DNA of 64,000 nucleotides from Fibrobacteria bacterium (lineage in GTDB: Bacteria > Fibrobacterota > Fibrobacteria > UBA11236 > JADFYW01), in NCBI GenBank assembly GCA_050294405.1, contig JBNKOC010000023.1, positions 1-64,000 of the forward strand, written 5' to 3'. The notes under the pieces are model-generated. The model saw only the letters and a list, made by a program, of their open reading frames with translations, searched no databases and had not been told where the DNA came from. Positions 19,509 to 29,322 of this stretch are shown one piece after another; within the stretch, counting starts at the first letter, position 1; the number at the start of each line of letters is the position of its first letter. Made by a program: the position numbers and the translations under genes.

Positions 19509-21125
19509 TTAACTTTTGGTGCCGGTTTTAATATCGAACCAAAACCTGGCTCCCTTACCCAATTGGCTTTCCAATAACAAATCGCTCTCGTGGGCTCTTA
19601 CTATTTCTCTGGATATGGGCATTCCCAACCCAGTGCCTTCGGAGTGATTCATAACATCTTCAATTTGGGTGAACTTGTCAAAGACCTTGGGGTGATCTTC
19701 CGGATTGATCCCAATGCCATTGTCCTCCACAATAAATCGAACCAGGTCCTGGTTGGTAGATTTTTTTATCCACATGGCTCCAATGTATATGGTTCCTTCA
19801 TTGGGAGTAAATTTAACTGCATTAGAAACCAAATTTAAAATAACCTGAGTCAGCCTTTCGTAATCCCCAATTACCATGGGAAGATTTTCTTCGACTTCCA
19901 CTACGAGTTTTTGCTTTTTCTTTTCGCTTAATTTTTTTGCAGATATTACACCACGTTCCACCAAATCCTGTGGAGCAAAGGGGGTAAAGTTAAAGGTCAT
20001 TTTTCCCGATTCAATTTTAGATAAATCCAAAATGTCATTTACCAATTGCCCCAGGCGGTTTCCTTCATCAAAAATCACCTGATAATACTCTTTTTCTTCT
20101 TCCTTGGTTTCTGCAAGACCCTCCAACAAAGTTTCAGAATAGGCTAATATGGAAGCCAGAGGTGTTTTTAATTCGTGGCTCACCATGGAAATAAAATCAT
20201 CCTTCATTTTATCCAATTCTTTTAAGCGCTCCACTTCCTTGGAAAGAGCTAAATCCTGGCACACACATACCATGCCCGGTTTGCTGGCACCGCTGATATT
20301 TAGGGGCGAAGCGGTTATCAGGGTATTTTTTTCCTGATTGTAATGGGTTTTGAAACTTACTTCCACTGGTTCGGGAATGGAATGGGCTTGTATGCTGGCT
20401 AACATCTGGCTAAACACCGAGGCCAAAAAATCGGGAAGTACAATAGAGAACACCTGGCCTTGAACCAACTTGGAACGAATTTCAAAAAACTCTTCGGCTT
20501 TGCGGTTAAACACCTTGATTTTACCATCTGGATCAAAAGAAATAATGGAATGGGCAATGGAAGCGATAACCCTGTCCACATATTCTTTTGTATCGTGAAG
20601 CACCCGGGCTTTATCTTCTAACTGAGTGTGAAATTGATAATTTGAAATCGCCAAGGATGTGTGGTTGGCAATAGTATGTAAGGAAAGACCTGTCACCTCC
20701 GAATACGCCGCATAATATTCTCCTAAATCCAGAACAATGGCGCCCATTACTTCATCGCCATGAGTTAAAGGAGCTATTGCTGTTCCCGTATCTTCTTTTT
20801 CACCGGGATGTACAGATACATTTCCCCTTCTGCAACTCCAATACATAAGCTCTTCATCAACAGCAGCCACTTTTATTTTAGGATTGTATTGGGCTTCCCC
20901 GATTTTTTTAAACTTTTCATCCTGGAACAAAAAAATCTGACAGGAAAAACAATTGATAATTTGGGGAATCACTTCAAAGACCGAATCGATAATGTCTTTG
21001 TAGGATTTGGAAACAATAATTTTGCTGGACAATCCCTGAAGGGCGCTTAGCTGGTCAAAGGAATGCCGCAAATCCCGGTTAGCATCCCGCAGCTCCTCCA
21101 GTTCTTTAAACGCGCCCTGATCCAT
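19509..21125 (-). CDS. Cytoplasmic sensor histidine kinase (GAF-PAS-HisKA-HATPase)
   Basis: SMVSHELKTPL H-box, NLVSNAVKFT N-box, DNGIGI, GTGLGM; PAS-like FNRKAEEFF. Confidence 0.93.
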   Translation of the reverse strand: MDQGAFKELEELRDANRDLRHSFDQLSALQGLSSKIIVSKSYKDIIDSVFEVIPQIINCFSCQIFLFQDEKFKKIGEAQYNPKIKVAAVDEELMYWSCRRGNVSVHPGEKEDTGTAIAPLTHGDEVMGAIVLDLGEYYAAYSEVTGLSLHTIANHTSLAISNYQFHTQLEDKARVLHDTKEYVDRVIASIAHSIISFDPDGKIKVFNRKAEEFFEIRSKLVQGQVFSIVLPDFLASVFSQMLASIQAHSIPEPVEVSFKTHYNQEKNTLITASPLNISGASKPGMVCVCQDLALSKEVERLKELDKMKDDFISMVSHELKTPLASILAYSETLLEGLAETKEEEKEYYQVIFDEGNRLGQLVNDILDLSKIESGKMTFNFTPFAPQDLVERGVISAKKLSEKKKQKLVVEVEENLPMVIGDYERLTQVILNLVSNAVKFTPNEGTIYIGAMWIKKSTNQDLVRFIVEDNGIGINPEDHPKVFDKFTQIEDVMNHSEGTGLGMPISREIVRAHESDLLLESQLGKGARFWFDIKTGTKS

Positions 21126-21131
21126 AATTCC

Positions 21132-21992
21132 TTAAATGGCTTGTAGAAAAACGCTGGCCTTGTCGATTTCCGTTTCGGCCTTATTTAATAATTTTTCAAA
21201 ATCCATATTGTCGAGCTTTAGCTTATTCCAAACCGAATCTTCAACTATTGGAACCTTGTTGTCACCTCCGCTTCCCACTCCCAATCCCCGGCACAATATA
21301 TCGGCAAGATGAACAATGGATGCCAGCTCTTCGTAAGCTCCAGCACTCAAAGGATAGTGGTGGTATTGTAGAACGGCGGAAAGGTCCTTGGGAAGATTCC
21401 ATTTAGACGCAATCCAGCCTCCAACATCCTGGTGGGTGACCTTTAATACTTTTAACTCGGCATCTTTTATAAGACAATCGTTTTCCCTTTGGTAGCGAAT
21501 TACTTTGTTGTATTCCTCTTCTGCGCAAATGTTACATATTACTTTTCCCAGGTCGTGTAACAAACCGCCAATAAAAGCTTCCTCTGTGTATTTTGATTTC
21601 ATGTTTTCGGCAATCACTTTGGAAATCGCTCCGGTGGCAATAGAGTGCAGCCAAAAAGCCTCTACGTCAAAAAATTGATTCCTTCCTTTTTTAGAAAGAG
21701 CATCGAATATAGAAGCCGTAAGTACAATATTTTTTACTGTAGTGAATCCCAATATGACTATGGCATGGGTAATAGTGTTTATCCTTCCTGGGAAACCGTA
21801 AAACGCGCTATTCACCAGCTTTAAAGTTTTAGATGTTAAGGACTGGTCCGTGGTAATTGCCTGACCCACTTCACCAGCAGAGGTTCTGGGGTTTTGCATC
21901 AAGGTGGTTATTTTAGATACCACTGTGGGAAGAGTGGGTATATCCGTTAAGTTTTCAATTACAGACTTAAGCTGGCTGGCGTTTTCGCTCAT
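21132..21992 (-). CDS. HDOD domain protein
   Basis: IPTLPTVV, LKLVNSAFYG, FWLHSIA, GLLHDLGK, WNLP, YHHYP. Confidence 0.92.
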   Translation of the reverse strand: MSENASQLKSVIENLTDIPTLPTVVSKITTLMQNPRTSAGEVGQAITTDQSLTSKTLKLVNSAFYGFPGRINTITHAIVILGFTTVKNIVLTASIFDALSKKGRNQFFDVEAFWLHSIATGAISKVIAENMKSKYTEEAFIGGLLHDLGKVICNICAEEEYNKVIRYQRENDCLIKDAELKVLKVTHQDVGGWIASKWNLPKDLSAVLQYHHYPLSAGAYEELASIVHLADILCRGLGVGSGGDNKVPIVEDSVWNKLKLDNMDFEKLLNKAETEIDKASVFLQAI

Positions 21993-22300
21993 TTAGAAGT
22001 TCCTGTAATATGAGCTTTAATAGCAGCGTGAATTTTGGCCATTTTAGGATTTGTTAACACGTCCTTGAATCTCCGGGCCAATTCGTCAACCTGGCCAATT
22101 TTTTCCTCAAGGCTATCTGCATCGCCTTCTTCTCCGTTTTCCTGAATATAGGCAAACAACACCCCCCAACTTTTTAATCGATCGGCCATAGATTCTTTTA
22201 ATTCAGCCCCTGCGGCCATTAAAATCTTTCCATCACCGCCCATCAGGGGTTTTCCCAAAACCATTCCATCGGCAATTTCTTGAATAGCAATTTTCTTCAT
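21989..22300 (-). CDS. Hypothetical protein resembling the N-terminal module of HD-GYP/HDOD-associated proteins
   Basis: IADGMVLGKPL...GKILMAAGAEL pattern; overlaps the HDOD start. Confidence 0.65.
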   Translation of the reverse strand: MKKIAIQEIADGMVLGKPLMGGDGKILMAAGAELKESMADRLKSWGVLFAYIQENGEEGDADSLEEKIGQVDELARRFKDVLTNPKMAKIHAAIKAHITGTSK

Positions 22301-22457
22301 GCACTGAAATTGTATCATAGTTGAGTCATTTTAGCCATTTTGAAAAATTTTAGTTTCCCTTAACCAATTTGGAATCGTAAAATAAGGGAAATAGGAGAAG
22401 ATTTAGTTTTTTGAATTAACCAGCTTTTTGGGGCTGTTTTAATTTTCCAAGGAGTTC

Positions 22458-22485
22458 TCAATTTTTTTTAAAGGAAGACCGATAG
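22458..22485 (+). promoter_or_regulatory. Putative sigma28-type promoter
   Basis: TCAA-N16-ACCGATAG just upstream of the PilZ gene. Confidence 0.4.
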
Positions 22486-22497
22486 AATAATGACTCT

Positions 22498-23670
22498 ATG
22501 ATAAATTCAGCTAAATCTTTTAAATCGATCTTCCCCGCCAAATGGCATTTATTCCTTTTATTATGGGGATTCACACCCTTCAGCATATTTGCCGGGGAAT
22601 CCGATAATATATATCAGGTTATCCGAAAATCCTTTCCTATCGCTTCCCCCTTAATGATTATTCTAATTGGGTCCTGCATTATTTTAGCGTTGGCTTTGGT
22701 GGTTGCCTGGGAAATTTTCAAATCGGATAAACAAAAGAGGGATAAGTTGGATTTGAGCTGGAAAAATTTTAGCGAATTTTCCCGAGCTCGTAATTTGAAT
22801 CCAGATGAAAATGAATTGTTAAAGGAAATATTGAACCATTCAGAACTAGCCCAGGTAGACATTATTTTTCAGTCTCCCAACATATACGAGGAAAGCTTAT
22901 CCACTTATATACAGAAAAAAATAGACGCGGGAACCGAATCAACTATTCCCTATGATAGCCTGTACAATCTCAGGCAAAAGATGGGCTACTCACGGATTCC
23001 CAATGAAACCCATTTGAGTTCTTCCAGGCAATTAAACGCGGGCATGTGGGTTTCCATAAAAAACATCCGAGGGGAGTACCATAAATGCTTTGTAAAATCC
23101 GTCGATGAAAAAAACTGGACCCTGTCTACTAAACAAGGCGGGTTTGGAGAATACAAAACAGATGGCCCTATACATATCTGGCTCATTCGCAATGGGGATG
23201 CCGAATATCGAATTGAAACCACAGTACAAAGTGGGCAAAGCAATTTATTGGTATTGGAACACAGCATGAAACTCCACCGCAAGCAATTGCGAAACTGGGT
23301 CAGAGTGGATGTTAATTTGCCCTGTAAGGCTGTGGTCCTAAACATACCCGAAACCGCTGATGAAAATGAAAAACCTGCCATTAAAAGAGGCGTTCAGCTA
23401 GAAGGCAGAATAACGGATATTAGTGGTGGAGGCATTTGTCTCCGGGTAAAGGCTCCTTTGGAAGCGGGCTCCCAATTAAGCTTAAATTTTGACTTGCCAG
23501 GCTCCTCTCTTCGGGGATTGCTCACAGAAGTATTGAGTTCAACACCACCGTTGAATGCGGAGGACACAGCGGTTTGCCGGCTAAAGTTCAAGAATATTGA
23601 AACAGCTGTTCAGGAAAAAATTGTCCGCTTTGTTTTTGAAAAAAGCCGCATTGACAGCCAGTTCCGATAA
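22498..23670 (+). CDS. Membrane-anchored PilZ-domain protein (YcgR/flagellar-brake-like), c-di-GMP receptor
   Basis: RNWVR (RxxxR) and DISGGG (DxSxxG) motifs; N-terminal signal/TM segments. Confidence 0.85.
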   Translation: MINSAKSFKSIFPAKWHLFLLLWGFTPFSIFAGESDNIYQVIRKSFPIASPLMIILIGSCIILALALVVAWEIFKSDKQKRDKLDLSWKNFSEFSRARNLNPDENELLKEILNHSELAQVDIIFQSPNIYEESLSTYIQKKIDAGTESTIPYDSLYNLRQKMGYSRIPNETHLSSSRQLNAGMWVSIKNIRGEYHKCFVKSVDEKNWTLSTKQGGFGEYKTDGPIHIWLIRNGDAEYRIETTVQSGQSNLLVLEHSMKLHRKQLRNWVRVDVNLPCKAVVLNIPETADENEKPAIKRGVQLEGRITDISGGGICLRVKAPLEAGSQLSLNFDLPGSSLRGLLTEVLSSTPPLNAEDTAVCRLKFKNIETAVQEKIVRFVFEKSRIDSQFR

Positions 23671-23682
23671 AACAGCCCCCTG

Positions 23683-23724
23683 GAATTTTTGAGTTTTAGG
23701 ATTTTTTCCAAAAACTCAAAATTC
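23683..23724. terminator. Inverted repeat downstream of the PilZ gene (possible terminator)
   Basis: GAATTTTTGAGTTTT ... AAAACTCAAAATTC with one bulge; AT-rich and without a clear U-tail. Confidence 0.35.
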
Positions 23725-23921
23725 GATAAAATCAAAATAAGTAAAAACAATTCAAAATCCTGAGCTTCTCAAAAACTAAAAGAAGTTCAATTTTCCCTGC
23801 AATTTATGGTACAATTTGAATGGAATAAGTTAGAAAATCGTTCATGCCAAACATCTTAAAAAATTCACCAGAACCGAAGGATGCTTATACGCGCCTATTG
23901 TTTAAATGAGGAAAAATTGCA

Positions 23922-25010
23922 TTGGGTAAAATAAGGGACACGACCCTGAGGATACTTAAAGGGGATCCGGTGAGTGTGGGTTTGGATATTGGCAACCACA
24001 GCGTTAAAATTGTTTATATAAAACATCACCCCAATGGGCCCATTCTGGAGGGAGCGGGAATTCATGTATTTGCCGAACCCGTTCTGGAAAACGGCGAAAT
24101 AACCAATAGGGAAGAGCTGCTATACTCCCTTTCCTCTTTAATAAAAAAAACAGATCCCAAGTTAAAATTCAAAGAAGTGAATTTCGGATTATCCTGGTCT
24201 TACGGAGTAATTGCGGACAGAATAAAGTTGCGTATAAATGCCGATGAATCTGAAGATGAGCTGATATTAATGGAAGCAAACAGGCGAAGCCCTTTTGATG
24301 TGGATGACATACAACTGGATTACAAAATATTAAGCAAGAATACGAACACCGAAGAAATGGAAGTGTTGCTGGTTGCCGCCAAACAAAAACGCATGCAGCC
24401 ATTTTTAGATGTTATTCGAGAAGCCGGCCTGGACCCCATTAATGTGGATGTGGATACTTTTGCAGTGGCAAACTCCTACTTCTACACGGCAGACCCTCAG
24501 GATAAAACAAAGGTAATATGTTTAATTAACATTGGCGAATTCATGACCAATCTCACCTTTATTAAAAACGGGGTTTACCATTCCACCAGAGACATCGCCA
24601 CTGGAGGCCGATTTTTCGCCCAAACTATCCGCAGGGAATTAGGAGTAAAAGAACTGGATAGCGTTAACATTCTCAAAGGGCGTTACCAGGGAAATATCGA
24701 AGAGGAAATTGTTCAAAAGTGCATAGAAAACTGTGCGGAAGAGCTTTCCATTGGAATTGACTTGGCTTTTAGCTATTTCAAATCTTCTGAAAATAACGCG
24801 GCTATTGATAAAATTATTATTTGCGGAGGCGGGGCCAGCATCGAAGGACTCCCGGAATTTTTAGCCGACAGACATAACATGGAAGTGGAAATTGGCGATC
24901 CGCTGAGCCAAATAAACGCCGACAGTAAAAAATTTCCCACGGCCATTCCCCAGGATGTATCTACCAGCCTTATGGTTGCCACAGGTTTAGCCCTAAGGAA
25001 GTTCCCATGA
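23922..25010 (+). CDS. pilM: Type IV pilus assembly protein PilM
   Basis: VGLDIGNHSVK actin-like motif, VLLVAAK, INIGE, ICGGGA, VATGLALR. Confidence 0.92.
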   Translation: MGKIRDTTLRILKGDPVSVGLDIGNHSVKIVYIKHHPNGPILEGAGIHVFAEPVLENGEITNREELLYSLSSLIKKTDPKLKFKEVNFGLSWSYGVIADRIKLRINADESEDELILMEANRRSPFDVDDIQLDYKILSKNTNTEEMEVLLVAAKQKRMQPFLDVIREAGLDPINVDVDTFAVANSYFYTADPQDKTKVICLINIGEFMTNLTFIKNGVYHSTRDIATGGRFFAQTIRRELGVKELDSVNILKGRYQGNIEEEIVQKCIENCAEELSIGIDLAFSYFKSSENNAAIDKIIICGGGASIEGLPEFLADRHNMEVEIGDPLSQINADSKKFPTAIPQDVSTSLMVATGLALRKFP

Positions 25011-25624
25011 AACAGTTTATTGAAATAAATCTGCTTCCTGTGGAAGATAGGAAAATAAAAAAAGATTATTCCTATTTGCTGGATATAAAAGTTGTTTTGC
25101 CCACTGTTAGCTTAATTGTGATATTCGCCCTCACAAACATTATGTCTTCCATTAACAAAAACAAGTTTGAAGAACAAAGGGAGGTTTTAGCCAAGCTGGA
25201 TGAAGATATTAACAACAGAATAATAATCAGCAATAACATTAAAAAACTCGACGAAATTCTCAAAGAAAAGCAGGCGAAAAACAATTCCCTGAAAAGCATT
25301 AGCTTTAACAAGCAATTATGGGTGCGGATTTTGGAAGGAGCTAACAAAGCCCTTCCGGTAAATTCGTGGTTAATGTCCATTACCCAAAACGCCGCTATGG
25401 ATTCATCCTTACAATTAAAAGGAAGCACCTTTTTGTTTAGCGAAGTGGCGCAATACATGATAGAGTTAGGAAAAAATGATTTTTTCACGCAAATTTCTCT
25501 GGAGTCTGTGGAAGTGGACCCTATTCGAAATAACGACGCCTTTAATTTCACGCTAAACATAAGCTTAAACCTGTCTCTGGGCGCGAACAACCCCGTAAAC
25601 CCAAGAGGAAAACTGGAATCATGA
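25007..25624 (+). CDS. pilN: Type IV pilus assembly protein PilN
   Basis: N-terminal INLLP motif, TM, coiled coil; operon position. Confidence 0.9.
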   Translation: MKQFIEINLLPVEDRKIKKDYSYLLDIKVVLPTVSLIVIFALTNIMSSINKNKFEEQREVLAKLDEDINNRIIISNNIKKLDEILKEKQAKNNSLKSISFNKQLWVRILEGANKALPVNSWLMSITQNAAMDSSLQLKGSTFLFSEVAQYMIELGKNDFFTQISLESVEVDPIRNNDAFNFTLNISLNLSLGANNPVNPRGKLES

Positions 25625-26208
25625 AAAAGCTGAGCACCAAATCCTGGCTTTGGATTTACGCAATCGGCTGCTTCGCCTTTTGTCTCTATTACAGCTTTGA
25701 TTTTTATACCGGGTCTTACTCAGTTAACAAGGACAATGTAATCCAACTGGAACAGGAAATTGATATTAAAAAAAATCAATTAGCCAGAATCTTAGCGCAA
25801 AACCAGAGGAAAGGCGCGCTTGAATTGGAAATCGCCCAGGCCACCGAAGAGTTTAAAATTTTAAAAGAGATGTTTCCAGACAAGGACTACCTTCCAAAAC
25901 GCCTGCAAGATTTAACCAAAGCCTGCCGCCAGGCCGGCGTCATCCCTATACATTTCAGACCCATGGAAGGCTTGGAAAAAGAATTTTATATGGAAAATTT
26001 TTATGAAATTAAAATAACATCCGGCTACCATGGGCTAGGCAGATTTTTTGCCGAAATTGCCAATTTTAAATACCCCACAGGTATATCCAGCGTTTTAATC
26101 AATCAAAATCCAAAAATAATGAATAACCCCAATCCTGAGGAACTGCAGGATGAAAGCCATACTACAGTAACCCAATTCATTTTCAAAACCTTTACATCCA
26201 AGCAATGA
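25621..26208 (+). CDS. pilO: Type IV pilus assembly protein PilO
   Basis: TM, coiled coil, EFY...GYHGLGRFFAEIANF; operon position. Confidence 0.88.
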   Translation: MKKLSTKSWLWIYAIGCFAFCLYYSFDFYTGSYSVNKDNVIQLEQEIDIKKNQLARILAQNQRKGALELEIAQATEEFKILKEMFPDKDYLPKRLQDLTKACRQAGVIPIHFRPMEGLEKEFYMENFYEIKITSGYHGLGRFFAEIANFKYPTGISSVLINQNPKIMNNPNPEELQDESHTTVTQFIFKTFTSKQ

Positions 26209-27722
26209 AGTTTTTAATTACAGTACTATTTAGTCTTTTGACTTTTTCTTTTTCGGAAAGTCCATCCGAATTAAAAGAGATTGTGATTCAAAATTCCAAA
26301 TCCAAGCTGGATGTTCATTTTGTCTTTGCCAACGGAAACTTGCCCAAGTTTTTTCAGAAAGTAAACCCTAAAACAAATCAATGGATAGTGGGTCTTTTAA
26401 ACACAACTCATCAAGGCAAGGAAAACAATTTAGATATTTCCGAGGACATCCCTGTTTTTAACAAGGCCGAATTTCAGATTACAAAGAGAAAAGGGAAGCA
26501 AGGGGTAAGGGAATTTTTAGAAATACATTTTCAATTGGGAAAAACTGAAAAAAGCCCTGAATTTAAATTCAAAAAAGATGGGGAAAGGGAAATAACTTTT
26601 ACTTGGGTGGAAAAATTTAAGCCTCAGTCCAAGTGGAAGGTATTTCCAGCAACATCCCCCATTGCAGCCCCACAGGCCAAGGCTGTGGAGGAAGCTAAAT
26701 CAAAAACGCTGGAAACTGAACCTGCCCTCGAAGAAGTACTGGGAACAAAATCGGCCTTTGAAATGGGGGCCGTTATTGACGGGGAAAACCAAAATAAAAA
26801 AACCACCTTTTCCCCCATTCCAAAACCAAAGCAAGTCGTGGTCTTAAAAAAAGGCGCGAAAATTTACCAGCGAAATACCGTACACTCCAAGTTTATTCGG
26901 GATGCTGAGGTTGGAGAAGAGTTTGAACAAGTAGATGAAACACCTGTGTTTTCAGGAATATTGCTCAACGGGAATACCGCATACATACATAAGGAAAAAA
27001 TCAAGTTAGTGGCCAAACTAACCAAGTCTGACAAACAAAAAATCAAAGAGGCCTTTCACCAAGCAGATCAAGCAAAGCTGGAAAAAGAGAAACAAAAAAA
27101 ATTAGCCGAAGAAAAACGGCTTGCGGAGCAAAGACAAAAAGAAGAAGCCGAGAAAAAGAAGTTGGAAGAAGCCAAGAGATTAAAGGAGGCGGCTGAACTA
27201 AAAAGGATAGCAGAAGAGAAAAGAAAAAAAGAAGAGGAAGAAAAACGCCTTGCGGAGGAAAAAAGGGCCCGGGCGGAACAACTGCGCAAACAAAGGGAAG
27301 AAGAACAACGTCAGGCCGAATTGGTTCGGCTCGAACAAGAAAACCAAATGGCTATAATGCTAGCCAAAGAGCAAAGAGAAAAAGAGTTGCAAGCCCAACA
27401 AAACAATTTAAAAAACCAAGTGATTGTTTATTCCAGTTTTGGTAGACGAGATCCTTTTATCCCTGTAATACAGTCTAAAATAGATGAAGGCGATTTTAAC
27501 ATCGATCAAATGCAACTTGTGGGAATCATTTGGGACCCCAAAGATCCGCTAGCCGTATTGGAACACCGAATGGAACCGGGAATTTCTATTACCTTAAGAA
27601 GTGGCGACAAAATTTCCAATGGAAAGGTTACTAACATTTCCCATGAAAAAGTCACTTTTGAAATATTAGAATTCGGTGTGTTCCGCAGTTACACTTTAAA
27701 ATTGAGCCAAAAAGAAAAGTAG
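26205..27722 (+). CDS. Extended PilP-like protein (signal peptide, extra beta domains, long charged helix, C-terminal PilP domain)
   Basis: C-terminal GRRDPF...QLVGIIWD...LRSGDKI PilP pattern; lies between pilO and pilQ; no lipobox Cys. Confidence 0.7.
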   Translation: MKFLITVLFSLLTFSFSESPSELKEIVIQNSKSKLDVHFVFANGNLPKFFQKVNPKTNQWIVGLLNTTHQGKENNLDISEDIPVFNKAEFQITKRKGKQGVREFLEIHFQLGKTEKSPEFKFKKDGEREITFTWVEKFKPQSKWKVFPATSPIAAPQAKAVEEAKSKTLETEPALEEVLGTKSAFEMGAVIDGENQNKKTTFSPIPKPKQVVVLKKGAKIYQRNTVHSKFIRDAEVGEEFEQVDETPVFSGILLNGNTAYIHKEKIKLVAKLTKSDKQKIKEAFHQADQAKLEKEKQKKLAEEKRLAEQRQKEEAEKKKLEEAKRLKEAAELKRIAEEKRKKEEEEKRLAEEKRARAEQLRKQREEEQRQAELVRLEQENQMAIMLAKEQREKELQAQQNNLKNQVIVYSSFGRRDPFIPVIQSKIDEGDFNIDQMQLVGIIWDPKDPLAVLEHRMEPGISITLRSGDKISNGKVTNISHEKVTFEILEFGVFRSYTLKLSQKEK

Positions 27723-27729
27723 GTCGCCT

Positions 27730-29205
27730 ATGAAAATCCAATCCTTTATTAATTATCTGGGAACATTGATTCTCATAACATTGGGCCTGACCTTCTCCCA
27801 AATCAAAGAAACACCTTTGGTTGAAGACGAAACTTCTGTTTCTAACGGCACCAACGATGTGCGCAAAAGAGATTTTTATTTTCCCAACCTGGATATTCGT
27901 TCTGCTTTTAAAGCTATTTCATCGGCAGCTGGCGTGGATATTGTTTTATCCCCTAACATCAAAGGCAACGTCACTTTAAACCTAACATCCAAAACCTGGC
28001 AACAGGCTGTGGAAATTTTATGCCAAATGTTCAACCTCCACTACAACATCGAAAAGGAATACATATATGTGCAAACCTTTTCGGATTATAACGCCACCGC
28101 CAAGGAAGTTAAGTTGGAGCGGCAGATTATTAAAATCAAACACACCAAAGTAAAAGATTTGGAAGAGGCCATTAAAGGGCTATTATCCGAAAGAGGAACT
28201 GTCACTATTCTGGAAAACTCCAACACAGCCATTATTAAAGACTTGCCCAGCAAAGTTGAGGAAATCAGAGGATCCATTGAAAAATTGGATGTGGAAACTT
28301 TTCAAATTCACATTCAGGCCCAAATCATAGAAGTGAACTCCCAGGACGCTATGGAAATGGGTGTCAATTGGGGTTATGGGGATGGAGTTCCTTTTTCGGG
28401 AGACCCTCCGCCGGTAGATGCGAGTGGAGCCCAGGTGGTCCAGGAATTTCTACTGGGAAAATCTTCTCCCGGAGCAATAGCAAATCCCAGTGCTTCTTTA
28501 ATCTTTGGAATTTTAGATGGCAAGATGAAACTAGGCATTGAAAACTTGCTCACCGAGGGTAAGGGAGAAATAATTGCCAAACCTCAAATCACCACCCTGG
28601 ATAACACCGAAGCCCGCATTTTTATTGGGGAAAAACGCCCTTACAACCAATTAGACCAGAACCTGAACTCCACCGTGGTTTTTGTAGAAGCGGGAATTGA
28701 ATTAATAGTTACCCCACACCTTACCAATGATAAGCGCATTATTTTGGATTTGGCGCCTCAAAAAAGCGATGCCCGGACAGACGCCATAACCCGAGGCCCT
28801 ATTGTAAACTCCACCGAAGCTAAAACCACCGTTATTGTGGAAGATGGCCAAACAGTGGTGATTGGAGGACTCACTTCCAAAAACGAGCAGAAAACAGAAT
28901 CAGGATTTCCTATTTTAAAGGACATTCCCATTTTGGGATATTTCTTTAAATACACCAAAAAAGAAGTCATAAAGCAGGATTTAATCATTTTTATCACCCC
29001 TCATATTATTCAAAATCCTGGTAGCAGTACCAAAGTGGCCAGTCCCACAGGAGCACCCACGGTAAAAATGGTTACCCCTGCCTCTTCGGGAAATAATGTG
29101 CAGTTGGGAGATGGCTACTCCACAAGCACCCCAGCTGCCAACAACCCACCCAAGGAAATGGACGACGCTGCCATAGGGGACTTTCTCAATGAAATAGGCA
29201 ATTAG
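27730..29205 (+). CDS. pilQ: Type IV pilus secretin PilQ (compact)
   Basis: N0 and N1 domains, QIHIQAQIIEV, PQITTLDN, DGQTVVIGGL, PILKDIPILGYFFK, LIIFITPHII. Confidence 0.92.
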   Translation: MKIQSFINYLGTLILITLGLTFSQIKETPLVEDETSVSNGTNDVRKRDFYFPNLDIRSAFKAISSAAGVDIVLSPNIKGNVTLNLTSKTWQQAVEILCQMFNLHYNIEKEYIYVQTFSDYNATAKEVKLERQIIKIKHTKVKDLEEAIKGLLSERGTVTILENSNTAIIKDLPSKVEEIRGSIEKLDVETFQIHIQAQIIEVNSQDAMEMGVNWGYGDGVPFSGDPPPVDASGAQVVQEFLLGKSSPGAIANPSASLIFGILDGKMKLGIENLLTEGKGEIIAKPQITTLDNTEARIFIGEKRPYNQLDQNLNSTVVFVEAGIELIVTPHLTNDKRIILDLAPQKSDARTDAITRGPIVNSTEAKTTVIVEDGQTVVIGGLTSKNEQKTESGFPILKDIPILGYFFKYTKKEVIKQDLIIFITPHIIQNPGSSTKVASPTGAPTVKMVTPASSGNNVQLGDGYSTSTPAANNPPKEMDDAAIGDFLNEIGN

Positions 29206-29322
29206 AACCTTCCCTACCCCTCAAAAGCTTTCTAAAGAACCCATCCGCCCAACCCATGCAATTTGGGCGGAATTATTATAACTTTGCTTTTTTTTAAAGA
29301 ACAAAGTTAAGGGATTTTCAAA

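Noticed and set aside
23671..23921. Possible c-di-GMP riboswitch or sigma54 promoter before pilM
   Set aside because: No GEMM-type core and no GG-N10-GC with correct spacing found by eye.
27060..27420. Purine-rich repetitive DNA resembling a tandem repeat or array
   Set aside because: It is the coding sequence of an E/K/R/A-rich helix, with no fixed-length repeat-spacer structure; not CRISPR.
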